DNA from: a virus
DNA: 64,000 bases
Virus record (IMG/VR): IMGVR_UViG_3300025727_000011
Span: 5,666-69,665 of that record
Direction: 5' to 3' (one strand)
Shown: positions 29,290 through 38,192 of the stretch, piece after piece
Position numbering within the stretch: position 1 is the first letter of the stretch
Layout of the letters: every line of letters begins with the position of its first letter
Program-made: the position numbers and the translations under genes
The notes under the pieces: model-generated
What the model saw: the letters and a program-made list of their open reading frames with translations, nothing else
Databases searched by the model: none
What the model was told of the DNA's origin: nothing

Positions 29290-29645
29290 TGTGGGGGTTG
29301 GATGTGATTCGCCATATCAATAGAAAAGCCGCTTCTCGGGCACAAACGCAAGAATTGGTGCCTTTTCGTGTAGTTTCGGAGAGTCAGATCCATAGTTGGC
29401 CTCCTTTCCCGTTCCCGCATCTTGGATATGCGTGCGAAGAGGTGGATTTTGACCACAAGCGTCTGGAAACGGTGTTTGTGGATTCATCCAGGTTCGGCGC
29501 AGAGGGTGAACCTGCTTTGACGGTGGATGCGTTCAAAGCACGGCTCTGTTCGTTGCTCCGTGAACACGGCCCCCTCCTCTGTGCAGTAGAGGAGCAGGGG
29601 CAATTCCAGGTGTACATTGCCGTCTGGAGATCCGGTGGCCTTTGA
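29286..29645 (+). CDS. Hypothetical protein
   Basis: FVDSSRFGAEGEPALT...EQGQFQVYI. Confidence 0.55.
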   Translation: MMWGLDVIRHINRKAASRAQTQELVPFRVVSESQIHSWPPFPFPHLGYACEEVDFDHKRLETVFVDSSRFGAEGEPALTVDAFKARLCSLLREHGPLLCAVEEQGQFQVYIAVWRSGGL

Positions 29646-30330
29646 TACCAAGTACCGACCTCAGACGTATGGAGACGTGCTTGGACAAGATGCGGCGGTT
29701 GCTGTGCTCCAGCAGTTTGTGGTTGAGGGTCGGGGTTATCACCAATCCTACGTCTTCTGCGGACAACACGGCTCTGGCAAGACCACCCTTGGGAGGATTC
29801 TTGCCAGAGCCTTGTTGTGCTCGTCTGCGGTGGACGGGGCACCTTGCGATGAATGTGAGTCGTGTCTACTCCTCCTGCGTGGGGGAACGCACGAATGTTT
29901 TGTGGAGTTGGACGCCGCGACTAAGAGCGGCAAGTCCGATATCGCCCGTATCCTCGAAGACCTGTCCTACTCCACGGTGAGCGGGAAACGGCGCATCTAT
30001 CTCTTTGATGAGTGCTTCACGGAGGACACTGTTCTCCTCACCCGCGATGGATTCCGGTCCATCCGTGATCTGGTTGAGGTGCGGTTCTCAGGTGAGGTGT
30101 TGTCCTTCGACACGGAATCCGGCCAGAGGGTCTGGCGTCCCGTGACGGACTGGTTCGACCTTGGGGATCGTGAGGTCATCACTCTGGAGTTCGACAACGG
30201 TGTGGAGATCACGGTCACCACGAATCAGGAGGTTTACACGACCAACCGAGGCTGGGTGGAAGCCTGCCGGTTGACGGAGGACGATGATGTGGAGGAGGTT
30301 TGGTTCCAGCGGTTGATGGACGGGCTTTAG
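29635..30330 (+). CDS. dnaX: DnaX (clamp loader gamma/tau) N-extein fused to the N-half of a split intein
   Basis: KYRPQTY, GQHGSGKTT, Zn-binding Cys cluster, ELDAA, YLFDE. The intein starts CFTEDT at 30013 and contains block B TVTTNQEVYT; stop at 30328. Confidence 0.9.
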   Translation: MAFDTKYRPQTYGDVLGQDAAVAVLQQFVVEGRGYHQSYVFCGQHGSGKTTLGRILARALLCSSAVDGAPCDECESCLLLLRGGTHECFVELDAATKSGKSDIARILEDLSYSTVSGKRRIYLFDECFTEDTVLLTRDGFRSIRDLVEVRFSGEVLSFDTESGQRVWRPVTDWFDLGDREVITLEFDNGVEITVTTNQEVYTTNRGWVEACRLTEDDDVEEVWFQRLMDGL

Positions 30331-30332
30331 TC

Positions 30333-31553
30333 ATGTATCATACGCCAGAACCCCAACCCGGTGTTATCATGGTCGAAGGATCTCCTGAGATGGTCGAGTG
30401 CGCGTGTGGGTGTGGCACCCTCATCACCCGAAAGGGGAAGAACGGAAAGCCTCGCAAGTATTTACGGGGGCATCAGACCAGAGGCCGCAAGAAGGTAGAC
30501 CGATCTTCTGAGGCATATTGGGAGAACCGGGTCCGGCGCATGAACACCTCTGCCCCCCTCTGCCGATGCGGTTGTGGTGACCCTGTTGCGGTCACTGTTT
30601 CTTGGCTCAGGCAGGCGTCGGAAAATGGAACTCGCCCTGTATGGCGACCGAAGTATGTGGAAGGCCACATGCCACAAGTCCCTTGCGGTTGCGGTTGTGG
30701 AACCCTTGTGGACATCCTCGATGTTCGGGGGCAACCTCGGTCCTGTGTCCCCTCACATGCGGGAAGGCTGTCAACCCCACCTGAGAAGGTAGATTGGGAA
30801 TCCCGCACCTCTGAGTGGAACCAGAACGCCCCAGACTGCGCTTGCGGGTGTGAAAAACCTCTGGTTCGTACTGTGGGCCAAATGCGAGCATACCTTTCTG
30901 ACCCTGGCTATCTGCCGGGGCATAACCAGAGGAAAGCGTGCGTCCTCCACATGACCCCAGAGGAGGAATCTTTCATCTATGGTTCCTTGCTGGGGGATGG
31001 TTGTCTGACCCGCCCTACCACAGGCACACCTCGATTCATGTTCACACACGGGGCACCACAGAAGGCGTATGCCGAACACAAGATTGAAGTCTTGTCGAGG
31101 TTTGGTGCTTCGTTGAGTCGCGTGGAGAGTGCTGGGTTTGGTGACCTTTCATACCAAGGCCGCACCAGTTGTATGCCCATCTTTGAGGGTGTTTGGGACG
31201 TGGTGCGCCACGACGGCAAGAAGCAGGTCAACTCTGAATGGTTGTCCAAGGTGGACCCCCGAGGTTTGGCCTACTGGTTCATGGACGACGGGTCGGTGCA
31301 GCGAAACCGCCACAACAAGAACCGAGGTCAGGTTTACAACGCGGCTCTCCATACGGAAGGGTTCTCGGAGCAGGAGAATCATCTCCTGTCTGATTTTCTG
31401 TTCGTTGAGTACGGGGTCGAGGCACAAGTGAAGCCGACCAGATGCTATTTCTACCTCTACATTCCCCGCAAGGGTGCTGACCGACTGCTGGAGATTGTGG
31501 GGCCTTACTTGCACGCTTCGATGGCATACAAGGGGGTCATGTGGCTCGACTGA
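30333..31553 (+). mobile_element. Free-standing LAGLIDADG homing endonuclease with CxCGC repeats
   Basis: Four CxCGC...GH-type modules, then GSLLGDG and GLAYWFMDDG; lies between the two intein halves. Confidence 0.85.
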
Positions 31554-32644
31554 TCCGAAAGTCCGAACCTTTCCGTGCTCCCGTGTACGATGTGGCCGTG
31601 GAGGGCACCCATTCCTTCTTCGCGGCGTCGGGTCCATCCCCGGATCACGGCATCCTCGCTCACAACTGTCACCGCCTCAGTAAGAACGCTCTCGATGCTC
31701 TTTTGAAGCCAATGGAGGACAGCGTTCCCGGTTCCGAGGACAAGCGGTTGGTCTGCATTTTTTGCACGACCGAGCCGGAGAAGATGGTCAGCACTATCTT
31801 CTCTCGGTGTGCTCCTGCGTTTGTGATCCGGTCGGCCCCCCTGGAAGCTATCGCCGCACGGCTTGCGTTCATCTGTGGTCAGGAAAACATCTCATACGAG
31901 GACGATGCTTTGATGTTGGCTGCGGAGCAGTCAGGGTCGCATATTCGGGATGCGATCAAGATGGTTGAAGGCGTTTCAATGATGGGGGGCGTCACCCGAG
32001 AAAACGCCTCCAAGTACCTGCATCTTGATGCCAATGACACTGTGCTTGATTTGTTGGAGGCATTGGAGTCTGATCTGCCACAGGCAGTGAGTCATGCAAT
32101 GGCATTATCTCAAAAGATGAGTCCGTCAGGTGCTTATGGTCGCTTAGCGGAAGCGGCCATGTTGATTTATCAGGTGCATCTTGGTGTCACCAAGGTTCCT
32201 ATGAAGTGGGATACGGAGCGGGTTTCAACCCTTGCGTCTGAGGGAGCTACATGGCTCAATGTCGCCCAACGGTTTGCAGCCCCTCCACATCGACCGACGC
32301 ATCAAACCTTGGTTCTGGACACAGCTACAGTTCACCATCTCTACGGAATGGGCACACTGACAGCCCCACAAGTCGTGATTTCTGCGAAAAATGCGACCAA
32401 CGGCTCCTCTTCATCAGAAGTGGGTATCATTCCGCATGTTGATCCCCAACCGAAAGCATTGGCGCAATTTCATACTCGAAGCGGAGTATACGTTGATCCT
32501 CGTGCTATTGGTCAAGGCCCTCCTGATCGGAGCATTGAAACTACCTCTACCGAAGAATCTATGTCTAACACGATTAGCCCAACAACCTTTCGTGAGTTGG
32601 TTCGTCATCATTTGCAGGGGTTGAGGAGTGGACGAACGCGATGA
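31541..32644 (+). CDS. dnaX: C-half of split intein (42 aa) fused to DnaX C-extein
   Basis: GTG start with AGGGGG RBS; VYDVAVEGTHSFFA...ILAHN|CHRLSKNALDALLK, then CTTE, TIFSRC and GSHIRDA. Confidence 0.9.
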   Translation: MARLIRKSEPFRAPVYDVAVEGTHSFFAASGPSPDHGILAHNCHRLSKNALDALLKPMEDSVPGSEDKRLVCIFCTTEPEKMVSTIFSRCAPAFVIRSAPLEAIAARLAFICGQENISYEDDALMLAAEQSGSHIRDAIKMVEGVSMMGGVTRENASKYLHLDANDTVLDLLEALESDLPQAVSHAMALSQKMSPSGAYGRLAEAAMLIYQVHLGVTKVPMKWDTERVSTLASEGATWLNVAQRFAAPPHRPTHQTLVLDTATVHHLYGMGTLTAPQVVISAKNATNGSSSSEVGIIPHVDPQPKALAQFHTRSGVYVDPRAIGQGPPDRSIETTSTEESMSNTISPTTFRELVRHHLQGLRSGRTR

Positions 32645-33164
32645 ATTGACGTGGTTAGTAATGGAGTTGACTCCGCAGGGGGAGTCCGCAGCGGAGGAGG
32701 GCGTTCTTGCTTCGCTTTTGATGAACCAAAGTAAAATCCCTTCGGACCATCCTATCTTTGTCCCATGTGTGACGTACACCCATAAAGGCTCACGCTCCGT
32801 GTTGTCAGTAATGGAGGGATATGCTTTTTTGGCTTCCGGTTTGGATGGTGCTTCTTTACGGAGTTTGAAAGGGAGTCCTTGGGTGAGGCGGCTCCTTACG
32901 CGAGGGAGTGGGATTCACCGGGCATTGGAAACGGTCCCGGATGCCAATGTTCGTGAGCTTCGTCATCGTCTTGGTCAGATGGTAGGGTCCGAAATTGAAG
33001 AAAAAATGAAAGTGCGTGTCGTTGCAGGTCCACTGCTTGGTATAGTCGGACAAGTAGTAGAGGTTGATGGTAACCAAGCCTCGGTTTTGGTTGAAATGAG
33101 ATCGCTCCACGCGATCAAGGATTTTCCTCGCTTTCTGCTCCACCCGGTAGGTGACGATGAGTAG
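32628..33164 (+). CDS. NusG-family (NGN+KOW) transcription antiterminator paralogue
   Basis: IFVP...MEGYAFL...VRVVAGPLLGIVGQVVEVD. Confidence 0.75.
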   Translation: MDERDELTWLVMELTPQGESAAEEGVLASLLMNQSKIPSDHPIFVPCVTYTHKGSRSVLSVMEGYAFLASGLDGASLRSLKGSPWVRRLLTRGSGIHRALETVPDANVRELRHRLGQMVGSEIEEKMKVRVVAGPLLGIVGQVVEVDGNQASVLVEMRSLHAIKDFPRFLLHPVGDDE

Positions 33165-33768
33165 TTTTTATTGGTCCACCCATATTGTTTTGGACCCTTC
33201 TGATATGGAGCGCATGTTCTCCAACGAGGATGGGATTTCTTTTTACCCTAGTGCCCACGAGGAGTTATCTGACGAATCAAAGGTCGAGATGGCTCATGTC
33301 AAGGGTATTTTGGACCGGATTCCGGCTCGTGAGGCTGATTTCATTGAGCTTTACTTTTTCAATCGGGTGCGGCAGACCACGATAGCGGAGCTTTTCAACA
33401 TATCTCAGCCCACTGTTTGTTATCGACTTCAGCGTGCAGCGGAGCGGCTGAAATATCTGATTGACATGCCCGTCCATGATCCCTGGCTGATGGAGCAGGA
33501 TCTTCGTGGTGTCCTAACGGATGAAAAGGACATCCACATTATGATGGGGGTGGCCCGAACCACTTGTCAGTCTGAAGTGGCTCAGGAGCTTGGCGTCACA
33601 CAGGGCTTCGTTCGACATCGGTATCTTCGCACCATTGATCGTCTCAAACAGATGAGAGATATGGAAAGGTACGTCGCAGTTTTTGAGCACGTCGCCGCGA
33701 ACTTGCAAATCCTCAAGGAGACACATCGCTCCAAGTGGTCTGATCCGGTTGTTTACGTCGTGGCTTGA
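33157..33768 (+). CDS. Sigma70 region-4-like tandem HTH regulator
   Basis: QTTIAELFNISQPTVCYRLQRA and QSEVAQELGVTQGFVRHR. Confidence 0.65.
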   Translation: MSSFYWSTHIVLDPSDMERMFSNEDGISFYPSAHEELSDESKVEMAHVKGILDRIPAREADFIELYFFNRVRQTTIAELFNISQPTVCYRLQRAAERLKYLIDMPVHDPWLMEQDLRGVLTDEKDIHIMMGVARTTCQSEVAQELGVTQGFVRHRYLRTIDRLKQMRDMERYVAVFEHVAANLQILKETHRSKWSDPVVYVVA

Positions 33769-33774
33769 GTCGGT

Positions 33775-33789
33775 CGGTAATCGGTCTAT
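33775..33789 (+). promoter_or_regulatory. Putative late promoter (CGGTA-N6-CTAT)
   Basis: Exact consensus at the replication-to-late boundary. Confidence 0.65.
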
Positions 33790-33820
33790 TGTAGATTGAG
33801 GGTAGACCGGAGACTGTTCG

Positions 33821-34138
33821 ATGAGCAAACAGAACCCATCCATCCGACGTGTTGTGATGGCTAAACGCCTTGCAGATAAATGGATTTCCGCACACTCTGC
33901 ACCAGAGTACCGGTTGACGATCTATCGGGGGTCGGCCAAATCTGCGACCAACTTGCCCGGTCTACTCCGTTCATTTCGGGACGGGAAGCTGAAAATCGCA
34001 TCGGCAGTACCGGTCCCTGATCTCGGTGTTCAACCCGAGTTCGACCATGTGGTTGTCCGGTCACGGGATTACGAAGCACTTTCGTCTCTGGACCTGGCTG
34101 TTCAGAAACTCGGGTGTGAAACGAGCGGGGTCTATTGA
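33821..34138 (+). CDS. Hypothetical late protein
   Basis: GGAG RBS; follows the promoter motif. Confidence 0.55.
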   Translation: MSKQNPSIRRVVMAKRLADKWISAHSAPEYRLTIYRGSAKSATNLPGLLRSFRDGKLKIASAVPVPDLGVQPEFDHVVVRSRDYEALSSLDLAVQKLGCETSGVY

Positions 34139-34139
34139 G

Positions 34140-34568
34140 ATGGCGGCTTCACTTGCCCAGTCGGAGTTCGTATATCGGTCGGGAACCAGCCCGGACATTT
34201 ACACGTTCACCATCGTTTCCGATTTAATGGGGAACATCTCTGTTCGAGACATTCAAGACCCCTATGGTTTTGTTCTATCTCCTTACACCCTGATCCCACA
34301 GAGCGTGACGACCGACATCGACACCGCGATGGCCCAAGTGGAGACTATTTTGGCACTTACATCTGCCGTCAACGGCACTTTGGCGTTCGCCTCAGAGACA
34401 GAGAAATCGGTCACGTTTGCCTCAGCTTTTGCTGACACTAACTATCGTGTCCAGACCACCTCTGATGTCTTTGCTCCTTTTCGCATCACCAACAAGACTG
34501 TGCTCGGGTTTACAATCCAAGCAGGGGCTACTGTGACCGGCTCTGTCGGGTACGACGTGTTCGCCTAG
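34140..34568 (+). CDS. Putative structural protein
   Basis: C-terminal SVTFASAFADTNYRV...NKTVLGFTI beta domain, reminiscent of tail-fibre/lectin-like domains. Confidence 0.55.
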   Translation: MAASLAQSEFVYRSGTSPDIYTFTIVSDLMGNISVRDIQDPYGFVLSPYTLIPQSVTTDIDTAMAQVETILALTSAVNGTLAFASETEKSVTFASAFADTNYRVQTTSDVFAPFRITNKTVLGFTIQAGATVTGSVGYDVFA

Positions 34569-34572
34569 CTCC

Positions 34573-34587
34573 CGGTATCCAGCCTAT
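34573..34587 (+). promoter_or_regulatory. Putative late promoter (CGGTA-N6-CTAT)
   Basis: Exact consensus before ATG 34620. Confidence 0.65.
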
Positions 34588-34619
34588 GCTCGGACAACGG
34601 GCAACAGGAGATTGATCTC

Positions 34620-36434
34620 ATGGACCTTCCCATCGAAACCGCCAAGATTGCTGGGTATCTCACCCTTGTTCCTGCATATGGGCGAGATTACAAATCGAAG
34701 CGTGAAGTTATAGAGGCGTGGGACGCCGGGAAGGACTTCATCATTCAAGATATGTCGTCCCGTTGGGACGGTAAGCCGATCAACAAATCGGATGCCAAGT
34801 CTTCTGGGATCCAAAACGTCAATATCCGGTACAAAGGGATGCGGAGCGTAGCGGTGATCAAAGTCGCCAAGACTGCCTTTGGCGAGAAGATGAAGTCTGC
34901 GACTGAATCCGAGTTCCACATGGCTTTGCGAAATGCCCCTCATGCTCGTAAACGCCACATTGACGGTGGCCCACGCACGATGGATGTGGAGTGGAGCGAC
35001 AGGGGCACTGTCGTAGCCAGTAAGACCATCATCTATACGAGGGGCAAGGTGTCTCAAGAGATGTACATGGCCAACTCCGAGTACCTTCCTGGTGGAAGCA
35101 TGGCACGTCAGGCGAGGTTCCCCGAAGGTGAGAAGATGACCGTCGAGGAAGTGGCCGAGGTTGTCGGTCCCGAGTTCAAGGAGATGAATGAAGACCCGCC
35201 CGAGTCGGTCAAGGATCTCCGCGAGGATATGGAAGAGGCGATGGGTGCTGATGATCATCCGTGGGACCAAGGATACGAGTCAACATCGCGTTTGGCTTCC
35301 GGTTGTCTTCCCGTTGAACGGGCTGCGCTCATGAGGGTTGCAGAGGTTCGTCCCGGTCAGAAGTTCGTCATCGTGGAGACATCCGTTCCCGGTGGTCGTT
35401 GGATGGACGACATCATCTACGACGGCACCCGCGAGGCAGATCGCGTGGCCGACAAGATCCGCAAGAGCCGTCCCAAGGCGATGTGGGCCAAGTACCCCTA
35501 CGACGCGGGGGTTCAAGTGATCGACGCCGTGTGGTTCGGACCTGCCGAGGCCAAGTTGCGGGCGTTGGGGATGCGTGCTGCTTCTGGTTTGTCTTGGGAA
35601 CGACGCGCTTCCGAGCAGCGGGCCGAGAAGTTGGAAGCTGAAGCCGAGGCCAACGAGGCACAAGCTGATGCCGACCGCGAGAAGGCTGACGCCGCTCGTA
35701 TGAAGGAGTCGGCGGGCGGTCTCTACGGCTACACGAAGGGCACCCAGCGTGATGTTGAGGTCACGATCCGCAAGGCTCAGCGTCATGCGTCCAAGTTGGC
35801 GAAGACCCTCCATGCACAGGACCATCAGGCGATTGATTTTCTCAAAATACATGCCAAACGGTCCTACAGTAAGACTGCACGGCTGCTCATCGCCTTGATG
35901 GAGGAGTGTCCCAAAGTTGATCTCCTTCCTATCGAGCAGGTCAAGCAGGCAGAGGACATCCCTATGGGGATGTATGGCTACCCAACGCACACCGCTCGGT
36001 TGGCTCTCGATGCGTGCTCTGCTTTCCGGTCGGGCATTGGTGAGGTTGCCTACAACCTCCACAGCCGCCACATGGCGAAGCACGGTCGGATCATGAGCTT
36101 CCTGAAGGAGCACAGCAAGACTACAAAGTGCGGCTATACCCGGCTCCTTCTCGACACCTACCCCGAGGCTCCCCGGCTCGCGGCCAAAAAGAAACTCCCC
36201 GAGGAATTGGAGAAGCACCAGTTCACCTCCGAAGACAACCCCAACCCGAAGGGGAACGACAAGGACGGCGACGGCGAGACTAACGAGCCGAGTCCTCTGA
36301 AGGACAAGAAGGCCGTCGATGGGGGTTTCACTTCCCCTCACCAGATGCTCCGCAAGGCGTTCGTCCCCGACTCGGTGGATGGCTGGCTGGAGTGGGGGGA
36401 CGGCACCCGCACCGCTGTTTCCAAGAACTCCTGA
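34620..36434 (+). CDS. Multi-module late protein (putative internal head polyprotein)
   Basis: Mosaic of segments joined by [KR]xA linkers; duplicated G[LM]YGY...FLK.H.K...RLL domain. Confidence 0.6.
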   Translation: MDLPIETAKIAGYLTLVPAYGRDYKSKREVIEAWDAGKDFIIQDMSSRWDGKPINKSDAKSSGIQNVNIRYKGMRSVAVIKVAKTAFGEKMKSATESEFHMALRNAPHARKRHIDGGPRTMDVEWSDRGTVVASKTIIYTRGKVSQEMYMANSEYLPGGSMARQARFPEGEKMTVEEVAEVVGPEFKEMNEDPPESVKDLREDMEEAMGADDHPWDQGYESTSRLASGCLPVERAALMRVAEVRPGQKFVIVETSVPGGRWMDDIIYDGTREADRVADKIRKSRPKAMWAKYPYDAGVQVIDAVWFGPAEAKLRALGMRAASGLSWERRASEQRAEKLEAEAEANEAQADADREKADAARMKESAGGLYGYTKGTQRDVEVTIRKAQRHASKLAKTLHAQDHQAIDFLKIHAKRSYSKTARLLIALMEECPKVDLLPIEQVKQAEDIPMGMYGYPTHTARLALDACSAFRSGIGEVAYNLHSRHMAKHGRIMSFLKEHSKTTKCGYTRLLLDTYPEAPRLAAKKKLPEELEKHQFTSEDNPNPKGNDKDGDGETNEPSPLKDKKAVDGGFTSPHQMLRKAFVPDSVDGWLEWGDGTRTAVSKNS

Positions 36435-36522
36435 CAGGAGGATGAGGAGCGGTCGCTCCCTCACACCCATCCCCACCCCGAAGACATCGACGAATGGAAT
36501 CCTGAGATTAACGAGAAGTAAA

Positions 36523-37083
36523 ATGAACAAGATCAGCAAACAAGATCGCAGCACCCTCATTCGGTTAGCTTCGTCCATGCCCGTAGGATCAGAGGAACGT
36601 CGTGCTGTACTCGTGGGGTTGAGCAAAACGTCTGGTCACCCTCTTGGTGACCGCGCTGCCGTGAATAAGGAAACCTACGAGTTGCTCGACATCGTGCTGT
36701 TTGTTGGTGTACGCGAATGGGAAAAGGCGGTAGGGAATTTCTATCTCAATGATTTGAGTAAGGCTTATGACCAACTCGGGGACTTTGAAAAGGCTCTGGG
36801 TCGGATGCGGAACGGCATCTGGGATCTTTACGGCGACTACGTTTCGCACTCGGATTACGAGGACTTCTACGACGAACTGACAGACTCCGGCTTCTATGCT
36901 TTGGAAACCGCTATCGAGGAGGCCGAGCACGATCTGACCCAGATGATCGACCGTGGTTGGGCCGACGACGGTTATGAAGACATGGTGCAAGAGGAGATCG
37001 AGGACACCATTCTCCCTGCCTTGGAGGAGACTATGCTTGATTTCAAACGGGAGTATGGCAGACCTCCTCGGATTAGGGGTTGA
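36523..37083 (+). CDS. Shared-leader protein with acidic cargo
   Basis: Starts MNKISKQDRSTLIRLASSMPVGSEERRAVLVGLSKTS, followed by a D/E-rich helical domain. Confidence 0.7.
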   Translation: MNKISKQDRSTLIRLASSMPVGSEERRAVLVGLSKTSGHPLGDRAAVNKETYELLDIVLFVGVREWEKAVGNFYLNDLSKAYDQLGDFEKALGRMRNGIWDLYGDYVSHSDYEDFYDELTDSGFYALETAIEEAEHDLTQMIDRGWADDGYEDMVQEEIEDTILPALEETMLDFKREYGRPPRIRG

Positions 37084-37084
37084 G

Positions 37085-38128
37085 ATGAGCCAACGTGACA
37101 AACAGGCGTATATGAACGCCACCCCGATGCAACGGGAAGTGGTGCGACAACGCCTATGTGACGTGTTGGCTTGTCTGCGGGCTTCATACCTCTCGTACCA
37201 GACGAGCCATTGGCAGGTTGTCGGTCAGTCTTTCTACGGCAACCACCTCCTGTTCCAACGACTTTATGAGTCGGTGCAGAAGCAGGTGGACGAGTTGGCG
37301 GAGAAGTTGGTCGGCTACCTCGGTCGTGAGGTTGTTGGCCTTGACCATCAAATGCAGCACATTTGGGGCTACACCCAGAAATGGTCACAGATCGACTGCC
37401 ACCACAAGCGGGGTTTGCAGTCAGAGATCGATCTACAAGCGGCGCTCAAGCGAGCCTACGACGGGATTAAGAAGATCAACGCCATGACCCTCGGTCTGGA
37501 TGACTGGATCATGGCGACCGCCAACGCCCATGAGGAGAACGAGTACCTGTTGCAACAGGCTCTCGCGCCGATTCCGAAGCAAGCGGCCAAGAAGGCCAGC
37601 ACTCCTATCTCTCCTTATTCTAATCGCCCCACCAAACTCCTGGCGGAAACCCCACAATATGCGTTGTGGCAGATCAAGTATGGGTCCAAGACCATGTGGG
37701 AGATCTCGGACCATTCGGGGCAGATGGTTGATCCTTATGGGACGGGTTTCCGTAAGAAGCGTGATGCGATGGAGGCATGGGAAACCGTGAGCAAAACCGC
37801 ATCCGGCGCACCGAGCGCCGAAGGGGACTTCTATAAGGCTCCCGACCAGAGTGCCGTGCTCGACTTCGCAAACTCCAACGCTATCTCTAACAGTGTTGAG
37901 GTAGTGGAAAGGGCATCACAAGAAGATCAGCTTGATATTCCCGAAGCTGAAGCAGTCGCTGAAGCAAAGGAAGCCCCTCCTACACCCTCTGAGATTGCAA
38001 AAGAGCCGGGTGGGGAAGCGGTCAGCACCTTGAATCAATACGTTATCAAATCGGAAGACCCGGTTGCCGAACAAGCGGTGAAGATGAACCGGGACCGCAT
38101 GGCGGCATGGCTCCGCGAACTCGGTTGA
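37085..38128 (+). CDS. Dps/ferritin-like domain protein with C-terminal extensions
   Basis: HWQVVGQSFYGNHLLFQRLYE...VDELAEK...HEENEYLL ferroxidase-type motif. Confidence 0.75.
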   Translation: MSQRDKQAYMNATPMQREVVRQRLCDVLACLRASYLSYQTSHWQVVGQSFYGNHLLFQRLYESVQKQVDELAEKLVGYLGREVVGLDHQMQHIWGYTQKWSQIDCHHKRGLQSEIDLQAALKRAYDGIKKINAMTLGLDDWIMATANAHEENEYLLQQALAPIPKQAAKKASTPISPYSNRPTKLLAETPQYALWQIKYGSKTMWEISDHSGQMVDPYGTGFRKKRDAMEAWETVSKTASGAPSAEGDFYKAPDQSAVLDFANSNAISNSVEVVERASQEDQLDIPEAEAVAEAKEAPPTPSEIAKEPGGEAVSTLNQYVIKSEDPVAEQAVKMNRDRMAAWLRELG

Positions 38129-38143
38129 CGGTATCTCTCCTAT
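38129..38143 (+). promoter_or_regulatory. Putative late promoter (CGGTA-N6-CTAT)
   Basis: Exact consensus immediately after the upstream stop. Confidence 0.65.
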
Positions 38144-38192
38144 CGGTCGCCCCACGGTAGAGTGACCCTCTCACTCACGGGAGGCTCCTGCC

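Noticed and set aside
29635-32644. dnaX as a disrupted pseudogene
   Set aside because: Both halves carry intact intein termini (C1; HN|C) and the second half has its own RBS and start, consistent with trans-splicing.
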